Sequence record: MZ868638.1
Reading direction: 5' to 3' (one strand)
Origin: Escherichia phage vB_EcoM-pEK20
Length of the DNA: 64,000 bases
The notes under the pieces are model-generated. The model had not been told where the DNA came from. It worked only from the letters and a program-made list of their open reading frames with translations, and made no database searches. This document shows, piece by piece, positions 53,162 through 61,852 of the stretch (the first letter of the stretch is position 1; the number at the start of each line of letters is the position of its first letter). The position numbers and the translations under genes are program-made.

Positions 53162-53559
53162 TGTCTAATATCAATAAACTTTATTCAGATATCGACCCAG
53201 AAATGCGTATGGATTGGAACAAGGACGTTGCTCGTTCTGTAGGACTTCGTTCTATTAAAAATAGTCTTCTTGGCATAGTGACAACTAGAAAAGGCTCACG
53301 CCCCTTCGACCCTGAATTTGGATGCGATTTGGTTGATGAACTTTTCGAGAACATGACACCGCTTACAGCCGATACGATTGAGCGTAATATCCAGGCAGCC
53401 GTCCGTAACTATGAGCCGCGCATCGACAAACTTTCTGTAAGTGTAACGCCAGTATATGATGACTATACAGTTATAGTAGAGATTAGATTTTCGGTCGTAG
53501 ATAACCCTGATGATATCGAACAAATCAAACTTCAGTTAGCGTCAAGCAATAGAGTGTAA
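53161..53559 (+). CDS. 25: gp25 baseplate wedge subunit
   Basis: 132 aa as T4 gp25. Confidence 0.9.
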   Translation: MSNINKLYSDIDPEMRMDWNKDVARSVGLRSIKNSLLGIVTTRKGSRPFDPEFGCDLVDELFENMTPLTADTIERNIQAAVRNYEPRIDKLSVSVTPVYDDYTVIVEIRFSVVDNPDDIEQIKLQLASSNRV

Positions 53560-53584
53560 TGCTTCAAGGCAACCTATGTATAAT
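53560..53584 (+). promoter_or_regulatory. MotA-dependent middle promoter of uvsY
   Basis: MotA box aaTGCTTCA 53558-53566, 12-bp spacer, TATAAT 53579-53584. Confidence 0.7.
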
Positions 53585-53639
53585 GGTTTTAGGTCCTTCC
53601 GATACAGCCGGGAGATTATTAGTTAAAAGAGAGAATATT

Positions 53640-54053
53640 ATGAAGCTGGAAGATTTACAGGAAGAGTTAGACGCAGACTTAGCTATTGATACGACAAAGT
53701 TGCAATATGAGACGGCGAATAATGTTAAGTTATACAGCAAATGGCTACGTAAGCACTCATTTATTCGTAAAGAAATGTTGCGTATAGAGACTCAGAAGAA
53801 AACTGCTCTAAAAGCAAGATTAGACTACTACTCGGGACGAGGTGACGGTGATGAATTCAGTATGGACCGATACGAGAAATCTGAAATGAAAACTGTCTTG
53901 GCTGCAGATAAAGACGTGCTTAAAATAGAGACTACTTTACAATACTGGGGAATTTTACTTGAGTTCTGTAGTGGTGCACTTGACGCAGTTAAGTCTCGTA
54001 GTTTTGCACTTAAACATATCCAGGATATGCGAGAATTTGAAGCGGGGCAATAA
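53640..54053 (+). CDS. uvsY: UvsY recombination mediator
   Basis: 137 aa from ATG at 53640; MKLEDLQEELDADLAIDTTKLQYETANNV... matches T4 UvsY; the ORF-track start at 53559 is an upstream extension. Confidence 0.93.
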   Translation: MKLEDLQEELDADLAIDTTKLQYETANNVKLYSKWLRKHSFIRKEMLRIETQKKTALKARLDYYSGRGDGDEFSMDRYEKSEMKTVLAADKDVLKIETTLQYWGILLEFCSGALDAVKSRSFALKHIQDMREFEAGQ

Positions 54054-54277
54054 TGCGTTATTCAATTGAAGATGCCTTTAATAATGATGAAGAATTTGAA
54101 ACTGAAATTAAATTCTTAATGGAAAAGTATCGTCTACGTCGTCAGGATATTCGTATCCTGGCAGACCATCCTTGTGGCGAAGACGTCCTTTATATTAAAG
54201 GGAAGTTTGCTGGGTACATCGACGAGTATTTTTATACAAAAGATATGGGTATCGATATGTGCATGCGAGTGATATAA
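54053..54277 (+). CDS. hypothetical protein (uvsY.-1 position)
   Basis: 74 aa ORF, ATGA-coupled to uvsY. Confidence 0.6.
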   Translation: MRYSIEDAFNNDEEFETEIKFLMEKYRLRRQDIRILADHPCGEDVLYIKGKFAGYIDEYFYTKDMGIDMCMRVI

Positions 54278-54309
54278 ATAGATATGTAATTTCAACTTAG
54301 GAGGCAATC

Positions 54310-54477
54310 ATGTCAGATAAGATTTGTGTTGTCTGTAAAACTCCAATCGATTCTGCATTGGTTGTTGAAACAGACAAAGGTCCAGCACATCCTGGTCCTT
54401 GTTATAATTATGTCCAACAAATGCCGGTTTCAGAAAGTTCAGAAGAGCAATTGAACGAAACCCAACTTTTACTATAG
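54310..54477 (+). CDS. small Cys-containing protein (uvsY.-2 position)
   Basis: 55 aa; strong RBS TAGGAGG; preferred over the antisense ORF 54308..54514. Confidence 0.5.
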   Translation: MSDKICVVCKTPIDSALVVETDKGPAHPGPCYNYVQQMPVSESSEEQLNETQLLL

Positions 54478-54502
54478 TGTTACCTTTTTTGCCTATGGTT
54501 TT

Positions 54503-54532
54503 TGGCCCTTCCAAAAAGGTCGGGCCTTTTTT
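54503..54532 (+). terminator. terminator hairpin plus U-run
   Basis: GGCCC...GGGCC stem followed by TTTTTT, between convergent uvsY.-2 and uvsW.1. Confidence 0.6.
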
Positions 54533-54534
54533 AA

Positions 54535-54768
54535 TTAGAAGTCTTCTTCCTCATCCTCATCATCGTCGCCTTCAAGTTCGGCACGCTTACCTGCTAAGGC
54601 ATCCCTGACAGAAATATCATCTGTATCTTTTAATTCCGTTTCTTTTATACGTTTCTTATAATAAGCTTCCAATTCTTCAAGCCCTTCTAAGGTATGACAA
54701 CTAGCAATTTTACCCATGAATTCGTCAATAGATGCTTCGTATAAAAATTGTTTAAATTCAAGTACCAT
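54535..54768 (-). CDS. UvsW.1
   Basis: 77 aa with acidic C-terminal tail; immediately downstream of uvsW as in T4. Confidence 0.75.
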   Translation of the reverse strand: MVLEFKQFLYEASIDEFMGKIASCHTLEGLEELEAYYKKRIKETELKDTDDISVRDALAGKRAELEGDDDEDEEEDF

Positions 54769-54793
54769 TTTTATCTCCTAAGGGCCGAAGCCC

Positions 54794-56308
54794 TTATAAA
54801 TTAATTGTTTTCATTACATAGTTAAATTTCTCATCAGCGTAACGTTGGATACGATCAATACCGTGTTTTAACAAGTAATTAAGATGAGTATACTTCTTTT
54901 TAGTATTTAATGATTTAGGTTTTACACCTGCGTCATCGATGAGATCCCAAACTGTAGCAACAGCTTTAGAACCATGCTTACGAAGCACGCGACCTACGGT
55001 TTGAAGTACGATAATTTTTGATTTAACACCATGGGCGAAAATAACATGATGAAGATTCTTGACTGAAATACCAGTAGAGAATACTCCATATGATGCGACA
55101 ATAATAATGCCTTTACCATTTTCTGCCATGACTTTAAGCGCGTTACGTGTTTCAGTATCAACTTCACCTGATACGTAATAAACTTTTTCGTATCCAAGCT
55201 CTTTAATAGCTTCAAATATTTCTTTACCGTGTGTAACGTGTTTAAACATTACAAAGGCGTTCTCGTCTTTCTTAGCCAATTTGACTGACAGTTGAGCAAT
55301 CCACTTTGTACGTCGTTTTAGTCCGGTAATAATTTTAACTTCTTCTTGGTATGTTTTACCTTTTAATTTAACGGTGAATTCGTCCGGATAACGAAGGAAA
55401 ATACTATTAATCTTAAGCTCAGTTACCTGTCCGTCTTCCATTAATTTAGACGTGCTAACAGGACGGAAGATTTCGCCGAACATACCTACGTACTGCATTA
55501 CATTGGCTTTTCCGTCTCTTAATGAGCCAGATAAACCGAATTTAAACATGCAATTATTTAATCCTGAGATGATTGAAGAAATACTTTTGCCTGTTGCTAA
55601 GTGGCATTCATCGTTCATCATCATACCGAATTGAGAGAACCATTCTTTAGGCTGCTTAACTACCGTTTGCCATGTGCCAACAATAATTGGAGCGTCGTTT
55701 TTAGCTCTGTCTGCTTTATCAGCACCACCGCCAATTTTCTTAATCATCGAATGACTAAACAAGCGATAATCAACAAAATCATTAGCCATCTGGGTTGTCA
55801 ATGCTGTTGTAGGGACGATAATGAGAATTTTACCTTCATAGTTCTCTAGATAATATCGAGCTAAAAGTGCTTGGATTAGTGATTTACCTGCTGATGTCGG
55901 AAGGTTTAAAATTCGACGACGATTAACTAGTCCTTCATATACTGCATCTTTTTGATACCAATGTGGTTCGATTTTGGCGTTGCCCGAATAAATCTCTTGT
56001 TTAGAAAGCCATGCGTCAAAATCTTCCCTGGTAAGGTCTTCGGTCTCAAAGATTTTAGGGTCAATCCATACAGAATAACTCATATTGTTACAGAACTTTT
56101 TTATTTGTCCTACAAGTCCATATGGTAACAAACGGTTGTAATCTAAAAGTCGAATTCTACCATCCCATTGCCCATAGCGATATTTTGGGTTAAATTTATA
56201 CCCGTCAGCTTCAAAGCTAAAAAAGTCACGAAGTTCGTAAAACGTACTTTCGTCGCATTCAATGCGCACGTGACTAAAATCATAAAAATGTACTTTAATG
56301 TCAGTCAT
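54794..56308 (-). CDS. uvsW: UvsW DNA/RNA helicase (SF2)
   Basis: 504 aa (T4 503 aa); Walker A LPTSAGKS and DECH box. Confidence 0.93.
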   Translation of the reverse strand: MTDIKVHFYDFSHVRIECDESTFYELRDFFSFEADGYKFNPKYRYGQWDGRIRLLDYNRLLPYGLVGQIKKFCNNMSYSVWIDPKIFETEDLTREDFDAWLSKQEIYSGNAKIEPHWYQKDAVYEGLVNRRRILNLPTSAGKSLIQALLARYYLENYEGKILIIVPTTALTTQMANDFVDYRLFSHSMIKKIGGGADKADRAKNDAPIIVGTWQTVVKQPKEWFSQFGMMMNDECHLATGKSISSIISGLNNCMFKFGLSGSLRDGKANVMQYVGMFGEIFRPVSTSKLMEDGQVTELKINSIFLRYPDEFTVKLKGKTYQEEVKIITGLKRRTKWIAQLSVKLAKKDENAFVMFKHVTHGKEIFEAIKELGYEKVYYVSGEVDTETRNALKVMAENGKGIIIVASYGVFSTGISVKNLHHVIFAHGVKSKIIVLQTVGRVLRKHGSKAVATVWDLIDDAGVKPKSLNTKKKYTHLNYLLKHGIDRIQRYADEKFNYVMKTINL

Positions 56309-56337
56309 GTCAAATTACCATGTAATAAATATAGTTA

Positions 56338-56345
56338 TATTTATA
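56338..56345 (-). promoter_or_regulatory. late promoter TATAAATA for uvsW
   Basis: exact octamer on - strand 30 nt upstream of the uvsW start. Confidence 0.65.
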
Positions 56346-56358
56346 ATGAGGAAATACC

Positions 56359-57027
56359 ATGATCGATAAAGACTATATTGAAGAGTTACGTGCTCTTTCT
56401 GATAAAAAGGAAGCCAAAGCTAAACTGTTTGAATATGCGGAACAATTTGGCATTAGTGTTAAGAAAACAAAATCATTCGATAATATTGTTATTGATATCG
56501 AAGAAGCTCTTAACGCACTGGCTGATGAACCATTACCTGAAACTGATGGATTATCTATCACCGATTTAATTACTGCCGCAGATGATGTAGACGGTGTTAA
56601 TTTCACCAACGAAGAAGTTAAAGAAGAAGCTATTCTGTTGTTTGATTCTCCAACAGAACAAGTTGAAGTATTAGAAGTTGTCGAACAAGAAAAAGAATTC
56701 GACCATGATAAATTCGAAGAAGCAATTACTCAGGTTGTTGAATCTGAAAAAGAGCCTGAGTCAGAGGTAAATAAAGAAGTAAAATTTGTTCTGCCTGAAA
56801 ATTTTAGTCCTACACTCATTAAATTAGGCAAAGGCCCTGGATATGTTACTGTTCCTTGGTGGATTTATCAATGGATAGCCGAAACCCCAGATTGGAAATC
56901 TCGCCCAACTAGTTTTGTGCATGCTTCTGCTCACCAAACATTATTTAGTTTAATTTATTATATTAATCGCGATGGATCAGTTCTAATTCGTGAAACTCGT
57001 AATTCTTCTTTCGTAACATTAAAATAA
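56359..57027 (+). CDS. inh: Inh-like acidic protein (prohead protease inhibitor position)
   Basis: 222 aa; position between uvsW and hoc as T4 inh; sequence identity not verified. Confidence 0.6.
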   Translation: MIDKDYIEELRALSDKKEAKAKLFEYAEQFGISVKKTKSFDNIVIDIEEALNALADEPLPETDGLSITDLITAADDVDGVNFTNEEVKEEAILLFDSPTEQVEVLEVVEQEKEFDHDKFEEAITQVVESEKEPESEVNKEVKFVLPENFSPTLIKLGKGPGYVTVPWWIYQWIAETPDWKSRPTSFVHASAHQTLFSLIYYINRDGSVLIRETRNSSFVTLK

Positions 57028-57036
57028 GGATAACTT

Positions 57037-58455
57037 ATGGCTTTTACAGTTGATATAACTCCTAAAACACCTACTGGAGTTATAGATGAGACTAAGCAGT
57101 TTACTGCTACTCCCAGTGGTGAAACTGGAGGTGGAACTATTACTTATGCATGGAGTGTAGACGATGCTCCTCAAGTAGGATCAGCAGAAACTTTTGATTA
57201 TGTGTTAAAAGGACCTGCTGGTCAAAAGACTATTAAAGTTGTTGCAACAAATACTATTCCTGACTCTGAAGCTGAAACAGCTGAAATTAGTACAACTATT
57301 ACAGTTCAAAATAAGACGCAGACAACTACCTTAGCTGTAACTCCTGGTAGCCCTGATGCTGGAGTGATTGGAACTCCAATTGAATTTACCGCTGCCTTAG
57401 CTTCACAACCATCAGGTGCAAACGCTACGTATCAATGGCACGTTGACGGTTCTCCTGTGGACGAAGCAACTTCTGCTACATTCAATTACACTCCTGACAC
57501 AAGCGGAGTTAAAAAAATCAAGTGTGTAGCTCAAGTAACTGCGGCAGATTATGATGCACTAAGCGTTACTTCTAATGAAGTATCATTAACAGTTAATAAA
57601 AAGACGCAGACAACTACCTTGGCAGTAACTCCCAATAGTCCTTCAGCTGGAGTAATTGGAACCCCAGTTCAATTTACTGCTGCCTTAGCTTCTCAACCGG
57701 CTGGAGCGTCTGCTACGTACCAGTGGTATGTAGATGATTCACAGGTTGGTGGAGAAACTAACTCTACATTTAGCTATACTCCAACTACAAGTGGTGTAAA
57801 AAGAATTAAATGTGTAGCCCAAGTAACTGCGACAGATTATGATGCAAAGGAAGTTACTTCGAATGAAGTATCATTAACGGTTAATAAGAAGACAATGAAT
57901 CCACAGGTTACATTGACTCCTCCTTCTATTAACGTTCAGCAAGATGCTTCAGCTACATTTACCGCTAATGTCACTGATGCTCCAGAAGAAGCGCAAATTA
58001 CTTATTCATGGAAGAAAGATTCTTCTCCGGTAGAAGGATCAACTAATGTATATACCGTTGATACTTCATCTGTCGGAAGTCAAACTATTGAAGTTACTGC
58101 AACTATTACTGCAACTGATTACGATAGCAAAACTATTACAGCAGAAGGTCAAGTTCAGGTAACTGATAAAGTTGCTCCAGAACCAGAAGGTGAACTACCT
58201 TATGTTCATCCTCTTCCACATCGTACTTCAGCTTACATCTGGTGCGGATGGTGGGTTATGGATGAAATCCAAAAAATGGCCGAAGAAGGTAAAGATTGGA
58301 AAACTGACGACCCAGATAGTAAATATTACCTGCATCGTTACACTCTTCAGAAGATGATGCAAGATTATCCAGAAGTTGATGTTCAAGAATCACGTAATGG
58401 ATACATCATTCATAAAACTGCTTTAGAAACTGGTATCATCTATACATATCCATAA
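57037..58455 (+). CDS. hoc: Hoc highly immunogenic outer capsid protein with one extra Ig-like domain
   Basis: 472 aa versus 376 aa for T4 Hoc as recalled; N-terminus MAFTVDITPKTPTGVIDETKQF and C-terminal capsid-binding region match T4. Confidence 0.92.
   Translation: MAFTVDITPKTPTGVIDETKQFTATPSGETGGGTITYAWSVDDAPQVGSAETFDYVLKGPAGQKTIKVVATNTIPDSEAETAEISTTITVQNKTQTTTLAVTPGSPDAGVIGTPIEFTAALASQPSGANATYQWHVDGSPVDEATSATFNYTPDTSGVKKIKCVAQVTAADYDALSVTSNEVSLTVNKKTQTTTLAVTPNSPSAGVIGTPVQFTAALASQPAGASATYQWYVDDSQVGGETNSTFSYTPTTSGVKRIKCVAQVTATDYDAKEVTSNEVSLTVNKKTMNPQVTLTPPSINVQQDASATFTANVTDAPEEAQITYSWKKDSSPVEGSTNVYTVDTSSVGSQTIEVTATITATDYDSKTITAEGQVQVTDKVAPEPEGELPYVHPLPHRTSAYIWCGWWVMDEIQKMAEEGKDWKTDDPDSKYYLHRYTLQKMMQDYPEVDVQESRNGYIIHKTALETGIIYTYP
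57310..57888 (+). repeat. tandem duplication of a 291-bp unit encoding one Hoc Ig-like domain
   Basis: units 57310-57600 and 57598-57888 roughly 85 percent identical at nucleotide level by eye. Confidence 0.8.
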
Positions 58456-58459
58456 TCGT

Positions 58460-58488
58460 AAGGGGCTTCGGCCCCTTTCTTCGTTTTT
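58460..58488 (+). terminator. intrinsic terminator after hoc
   Basis: AGGGGC-UUCG-GCCCCU then T-rich tract. Confidence 0.75.
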
Positions 58489-58548
58489 AAAGCATACAAA
58501 ACACATCTTGAGATTGATGTATAATGGCACAAACCAAATGATACGGGA

Positions 58549-58749
58549 TTGATTATGAGAGTTGAAGTTGAAGTTTATACATTACATGAGGCGGGATTTT
58601 CATTCGTAGAAATTGCTCAAAAAATCGGTTTACAACCTAAAGAAGTTGGATTACTATGGACTAAAGCCGAGACAGCTCGGTCAAAGTTTAAAGCAAAAGA
58701 AAAAGTTGTATACCGTAAACGTTTGATTAACAAAAAGGTGAAGAAATGA
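58549..58749 (+). CDS. small putative helix-turn-helix protein
   Basis: 66 aa; segment FSFVEIAQKIGLQPKEVGLLWTKA resembles an HTH; basic C-terminus. Confidence 0.45.
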   Translation: MIMRVEVEVYTLHEAGFSFVEIAQKIGLQPKEVGLLWTKAETARSKFKAKEKVVYRKRLINKKVKK

Positions 58750-58997
58750 GTTTTGCACAAGAATTAAGAGAAAGGGCCCTGGCCACTAAAGCCAATTTGT
58801 TGAAAGATTTTATTGCTAACTTCTCTGTGATGGCAGAGAAAGCCGCTGACAAAGGCCAGACACAATTTACATACTATCCGTCAAAGAATGATTTAACTAT
58901 CACCGAGCAAATCGGGGAGTGGTTCCGTGATAACGGCTTTCAGTACAAAATTAATCACGACCAGCGTGATGGGCACTGGATAGAAATCAAGTTCTAA
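58746..58997 (+). CDS. hypothetical protein
   Basis: 83 aa ORF, ATGA-coupled. Confidence 0.55.
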   Translation: MSFAQELRERALATKANLLKDFIANFSVMAEKAADKGQTQFTYYPSKNDLTITEQIGEWFRDNGFQYKINHDQRDGHWIEIKF

Positions 58998-58999
58998 TA

Positions 59000-59025
59000 T
59001 GCTTTACATTTTTTGATGGTATAAT
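59000..59025 (+). promoter_or_regulatory. MotA-dependent middle promoter upstream of rnlB
   Basis: perfect MotA box TGCTTTA 59000-59006, 13-bp spacer, TATAAT 59020-59025. Confidence 0.6.
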
Positions 59026-59116
59026 GAATCTAGGTTCTATCCATTCAAATTAAACATCCGGTCAGAGATAGAGTCTCTGCTAATTATTTTGATATTATTA
59101 TTTATAATGGTGATTT

Positions 59117-60115
59117 ATGTTTAAGAAATACAGCAGTCTTGAAAACCACTACAACTCTAAGTTTATTGAAAAACTCTACACTAATGGTTTGACTACTGGT
59201 GTTTGGGTAGCACGTGAGAAAATCCATGGGACCAACTTCTCGTTAATAATTGAACGTGACAACGTCACATGCGCCAAGCGCACAGGCCCTATTCTTCCAG
59301 CAGAAGATTTTTATGGTTATGAAATCGTACTCAAGAAGTATGATAAAGCTATTAAAGCCGTTCAGGAATTCATGTACACAGCTCGAGCCGTATCATATCA
59401 AGTATTCGGTGAATTCGCTGGTGGTGGAATCCAGAAAGGTGTTGACTACGGTGAAAAAGATTTTTATGTGTTCGATATCCTTATCAATACAGAAAGTGGT
59501 GATAATACGTATTTGACCGATTACGAAATGCAAGATTTCTGTAATGAATTCGGTTTTAAAATGGCACCAATGCTTGGTCGTGGAACATTTGATGCTCTTA
59601 TCACGATTCCAAACGACCTTGATTCCGTCTTAGCCGCTTATAACGCTACGGCATCGGAAGACCTTGTCGAAGCAAATAATTGTGTATTTGATGCTAATGT
59701 TATTGGTGATAATACTGCAGAAGGTTATGTTCTGAAGCCTTGTTTCCCTAAATGGCTGCCAAACGGTACTCGTGTAGCTATTAAGTGCAAGAACTCTAAA
59801 TTCAGTGAAAAGAAAAAGTCTGATAAGCCTATTAAAACTCAGGTTCCATTAACCGAAATTGACAAAAACTTGCTTGATGTTCTAGCTTGTTATGTTACAT
59901 TAAACCGTGTTAATAATGTGATTTCTAAGATTGGGACTGTAACGCCAAAAGATTTTGGCAAAGTGATGGGATTGACTGTTCAAGATATTCTGGAAGAAAC
60001 TTCTCGTGAAGGTATTGTATTAACATCATCCGATAATCCTAATCTTGTTAAGAAAGAATTAATCCGAATGGTGCAAGATGTTCTGCGTCCTGCATGGATT
60101 GAATTAGTATCGTAA
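59117..60115 (+). CDS. rnlB: RNA ligase 2
   Basis: 332 aa; [21 protein letters not shown]...[16 protein letters not shown] matches T4 Rnl2 incl. lysine nucleotidyltransferase motif. Confidence 0.95.
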   Translation: MFKKYSSLENHYNSKFIEKLYTNGLTTGVWVAREKIHGTNFSLIIERDNVTCAKRTGPILPAEDFYGYEIVLKKYDKAIKAVQEFMYTARAVSYQVFGEFAGGGIQKGVDYGEKDFYVFDILINTESGDNTYLTDYEMQDFCNEFGFKMAPMLGRGTFDALITIPNDLDSVLAAYNATASEDLVEANNCVFDANVIGDNTAEGYVLKPCFPKWLPNGTRVAIKCKNSKFSEKKKSDKPIKTQVPLTEIDKNLLDVLACYVTLNRVNNVISKIGTVTPKDFGKVMGLTVQDILEETSREGIVLTSSDNPNLVKKELIRMVQDVLRPAWIELVS

Positions 60116-60116
60116 C

Positions 60117-60147
60117 GAAAAAAGGGACCGTAAGGTCCCTTTTTTTT
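60117..60147. terminator. bidirectional terminator between convergent rnlB and gene 24
   Basis: GGGACC-GUAA-GGUCCC flanked by A-run upstream and T-run downstream. Confidence 0.85.
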
Positions 60148-61429
60148 ATTCATCAATGATAATTTTTGGTAGCTTAACACCGAGTAAAACAGACAAGTCT
60201 GAACGTCCTGCCATTTTATCCATGTCCCCGCCATCAATTATTCTCGCTTCTTTTTCATCTTTTGCTACTGTGTAAGGATTTGCTGATAAGGCATATCTAA
60301 CCAATAATCCGATAGACGGTTGCAAGCTTTCTGGATCAACTACAACTTTAAATGCACCGACATGTTCCGGGTCATCTAAATCCACTCCTTCAGTGTATGG
60401 AGCATAAAAGATGGACCCTACAATTTCTTTTTCGCCGAGATTTTCTACAACACCCACAATAACATAATCTAACGGGCTGTTGGTATCGCAGTAAAGAGGT
60501 AATCCATTTGCCAAGAATCCATAAGCATTTTGTGAAAGATACTTGTCATCTTCTGGCTTATGTTTTAACCAACCAGAAGCAGCAAGAATAGCAGCTGCAC
60601 GAGCTGAGGCTACACAAAACGTTGCAGTATAAGTTGTCTCTTTTTGAATGTGTGATACCATTTCACACACCATTCGATATAATGAACGACCTGCTTCTGG
60701 AGCTGACGCATAGCTCAAGTCAATAAATCCAGTGTCAGTAATTCCAGTAACTTTATAACGTTTCGATACAGTAATTAAAGACTGAAGAATATCTTTATTA
60801 ATTTCATCTGCCATTTCAGTAGCAAGCAAATCTTCTAAGAAGTTAGGGGCATCAAATCCATTCGCTTCCAAATCTTGCGCTAATTCAACCGTGAGACCAG
60901 TTTTAAGTTTACGAGATTTGACTGAAGTTTGCCATTTATTAATCTGGAATCTTGCATCAGAAATTTCGCTATCAGAGCTTTCAAATTTGCTTGTTACCGC
61001 TGCATCTGAAAATAACCGTACCTTTAAATGAACGACTGCAATCTGAAGAGCTAATTCTAGATCACTTTCTTGAATATCTGCAAATGGTGTATCTTCTAAC
61101 ACTTTATAGACGATATTATTATATTTGAAAAAATCGCCTTTATTTAGTGTGACTTTTGATTCTTCTGTGAGCTCAGTAATTTTTTCTCGGTCTACGTATC
61201 CAGCTTCACCCGCATAAGTAGCGCCAGTTTTAAATGTGAATTCGTTATCTGGGTTAAGATATTTGATACCATAAAAAGCAGCAACAGGTTGATTAGTTCT
61301 TTGTGTTGCTACAATGTCAGAATATATTAATTTAGTCGTAGCGCGAGTCAAAGCAACGAGATTTGGGCGACCAATTGAGTTGCTAGTAGACGTTGTAGAT
61401 TCACGCAATAATTTTTGGATTTTACTCAT
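60146..61429 (-). CDS. 24: gp24 head vertex protein
   Basis: 427 aa, equal to T4 gp24; gp23-like fold. Confidence 0.92.
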   Translation of the reverse strand: MSKIQKLLRESTTSTSNSIGRPNLVALTRATTKLIYSDIVATQRTNQPVAAFYGIKYLNPDNEFTFKTGATYAGEAGYVDREKITELTEESKVTLNKGDFFKYNNIVYKVLEDTPFADIQESDLELALQIAVVHLKVRLFSDAAVTSKFESSDSEISDARFQINKWQTSVKSRKLKTGLTVELAQDLEANGFDAPNFLEDLLATEMADEINKDILQSLITVSKRYKVTGITDTGFIDLSYASAPEAGRSLYRMVCEMVSHIQKETTYTATFCVASARAAAILAASGWLKHKPEDDKYLSQNAYGFLANGLPLYCDTNSPLDYVIVGVVENLGEKEIVGSIFYAPYTEGVDLDDPEHVGAFKVVVDPESLQPSIGLLVRYALSANPYTVAKDEKEARIIDGGDMDKMAGRSDLSVLLGVKLPKIIIDE

Positions 61430-61456
61430 TGCATTTTTTCCTTATGTGATATAGAT

Positions 61457-61464
61457 TATTTATA
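61457..61464 (-). promoter_or_regulatory. late promoter TATAAATA for gene 24
   Basis: exact octamer on - strand 28 nt upstream of the gene 24 ATG. Confidence 0.7.
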
Positions 61465-61470
61465 AAGATT

Positions 61471-61500
61471 GTTTACAACGTATTTGGTATGTGATACTAT
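61471..61500 (+). promoter_or_regulatory. early promoter
   Basis: GTTTAC, 18-bp spacer, TGaTACTAT. Confidence 0.6.
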
Positions 61501-61530
61501 AGACTTATCAACTACAGAGGAGTAAACAAA

Positions 61531-61800
61531 ATGACTAAAGCACGTTTCTTACGAGATACTTTAAAAGTTCTGGAAGCTGAAGCAGTTAAGTTAGTAGAAA
61601 AATATGGTGCAAAAGTTAATGGTAATGCCTTCAACAAAGTATGGATGAAAGTTGATTCTGAAGCTCGAGCTAAAGGTTATTGGGCCACTGATAAACTTGC
61701 ATCATTCAAAAACAAAGACGGTTCTCCGGCATATGTCCAAGAAGGTATGCCTAATTGGCAAAATATTTTGAAAACTTACATCGAAATTGCACAGAAATAA
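61531..61800 (+). CDS. hypothetical early protein at the 23/24 intergenic locus
   Basis: 89 aa ORF; GAGGAG RBS; own early promoter. Confidence 0.6.
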   Translation: MTKARFLRDTLKVLEAEAVKLVEKYGAKVNGNAFNKVWMKVDSEARAKGYWATDKLASFKNKDGSPAYVQEGMPNWQNILKTYIEIAQK

Positions 61801-61802
61801 AA

Positions 61803-61828
61803 CCAAAAATGGGAGACCGAAGTCTCCC
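61803..61828 (-). terminator. terminator after gene 23
   Basis: GGGAGAC-UUCG-GUCUCCC followed by U-run on - strand. Confidence 0.85.
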
Positions 61829-61852
61829 AAAATAAGATTTAATCAATTAAGA

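Noticed and set aside
54308-54514. 68-aa ORF on the - strand between uvsY.-1 and uvsW.1
   Set aside because: The + strand 55-aa ORF (54310..54477) has a strong TAGGAGG RBS and fits the T4 uvsY.-2 position; the - strand ORF lacks an RBS and overlaps it.
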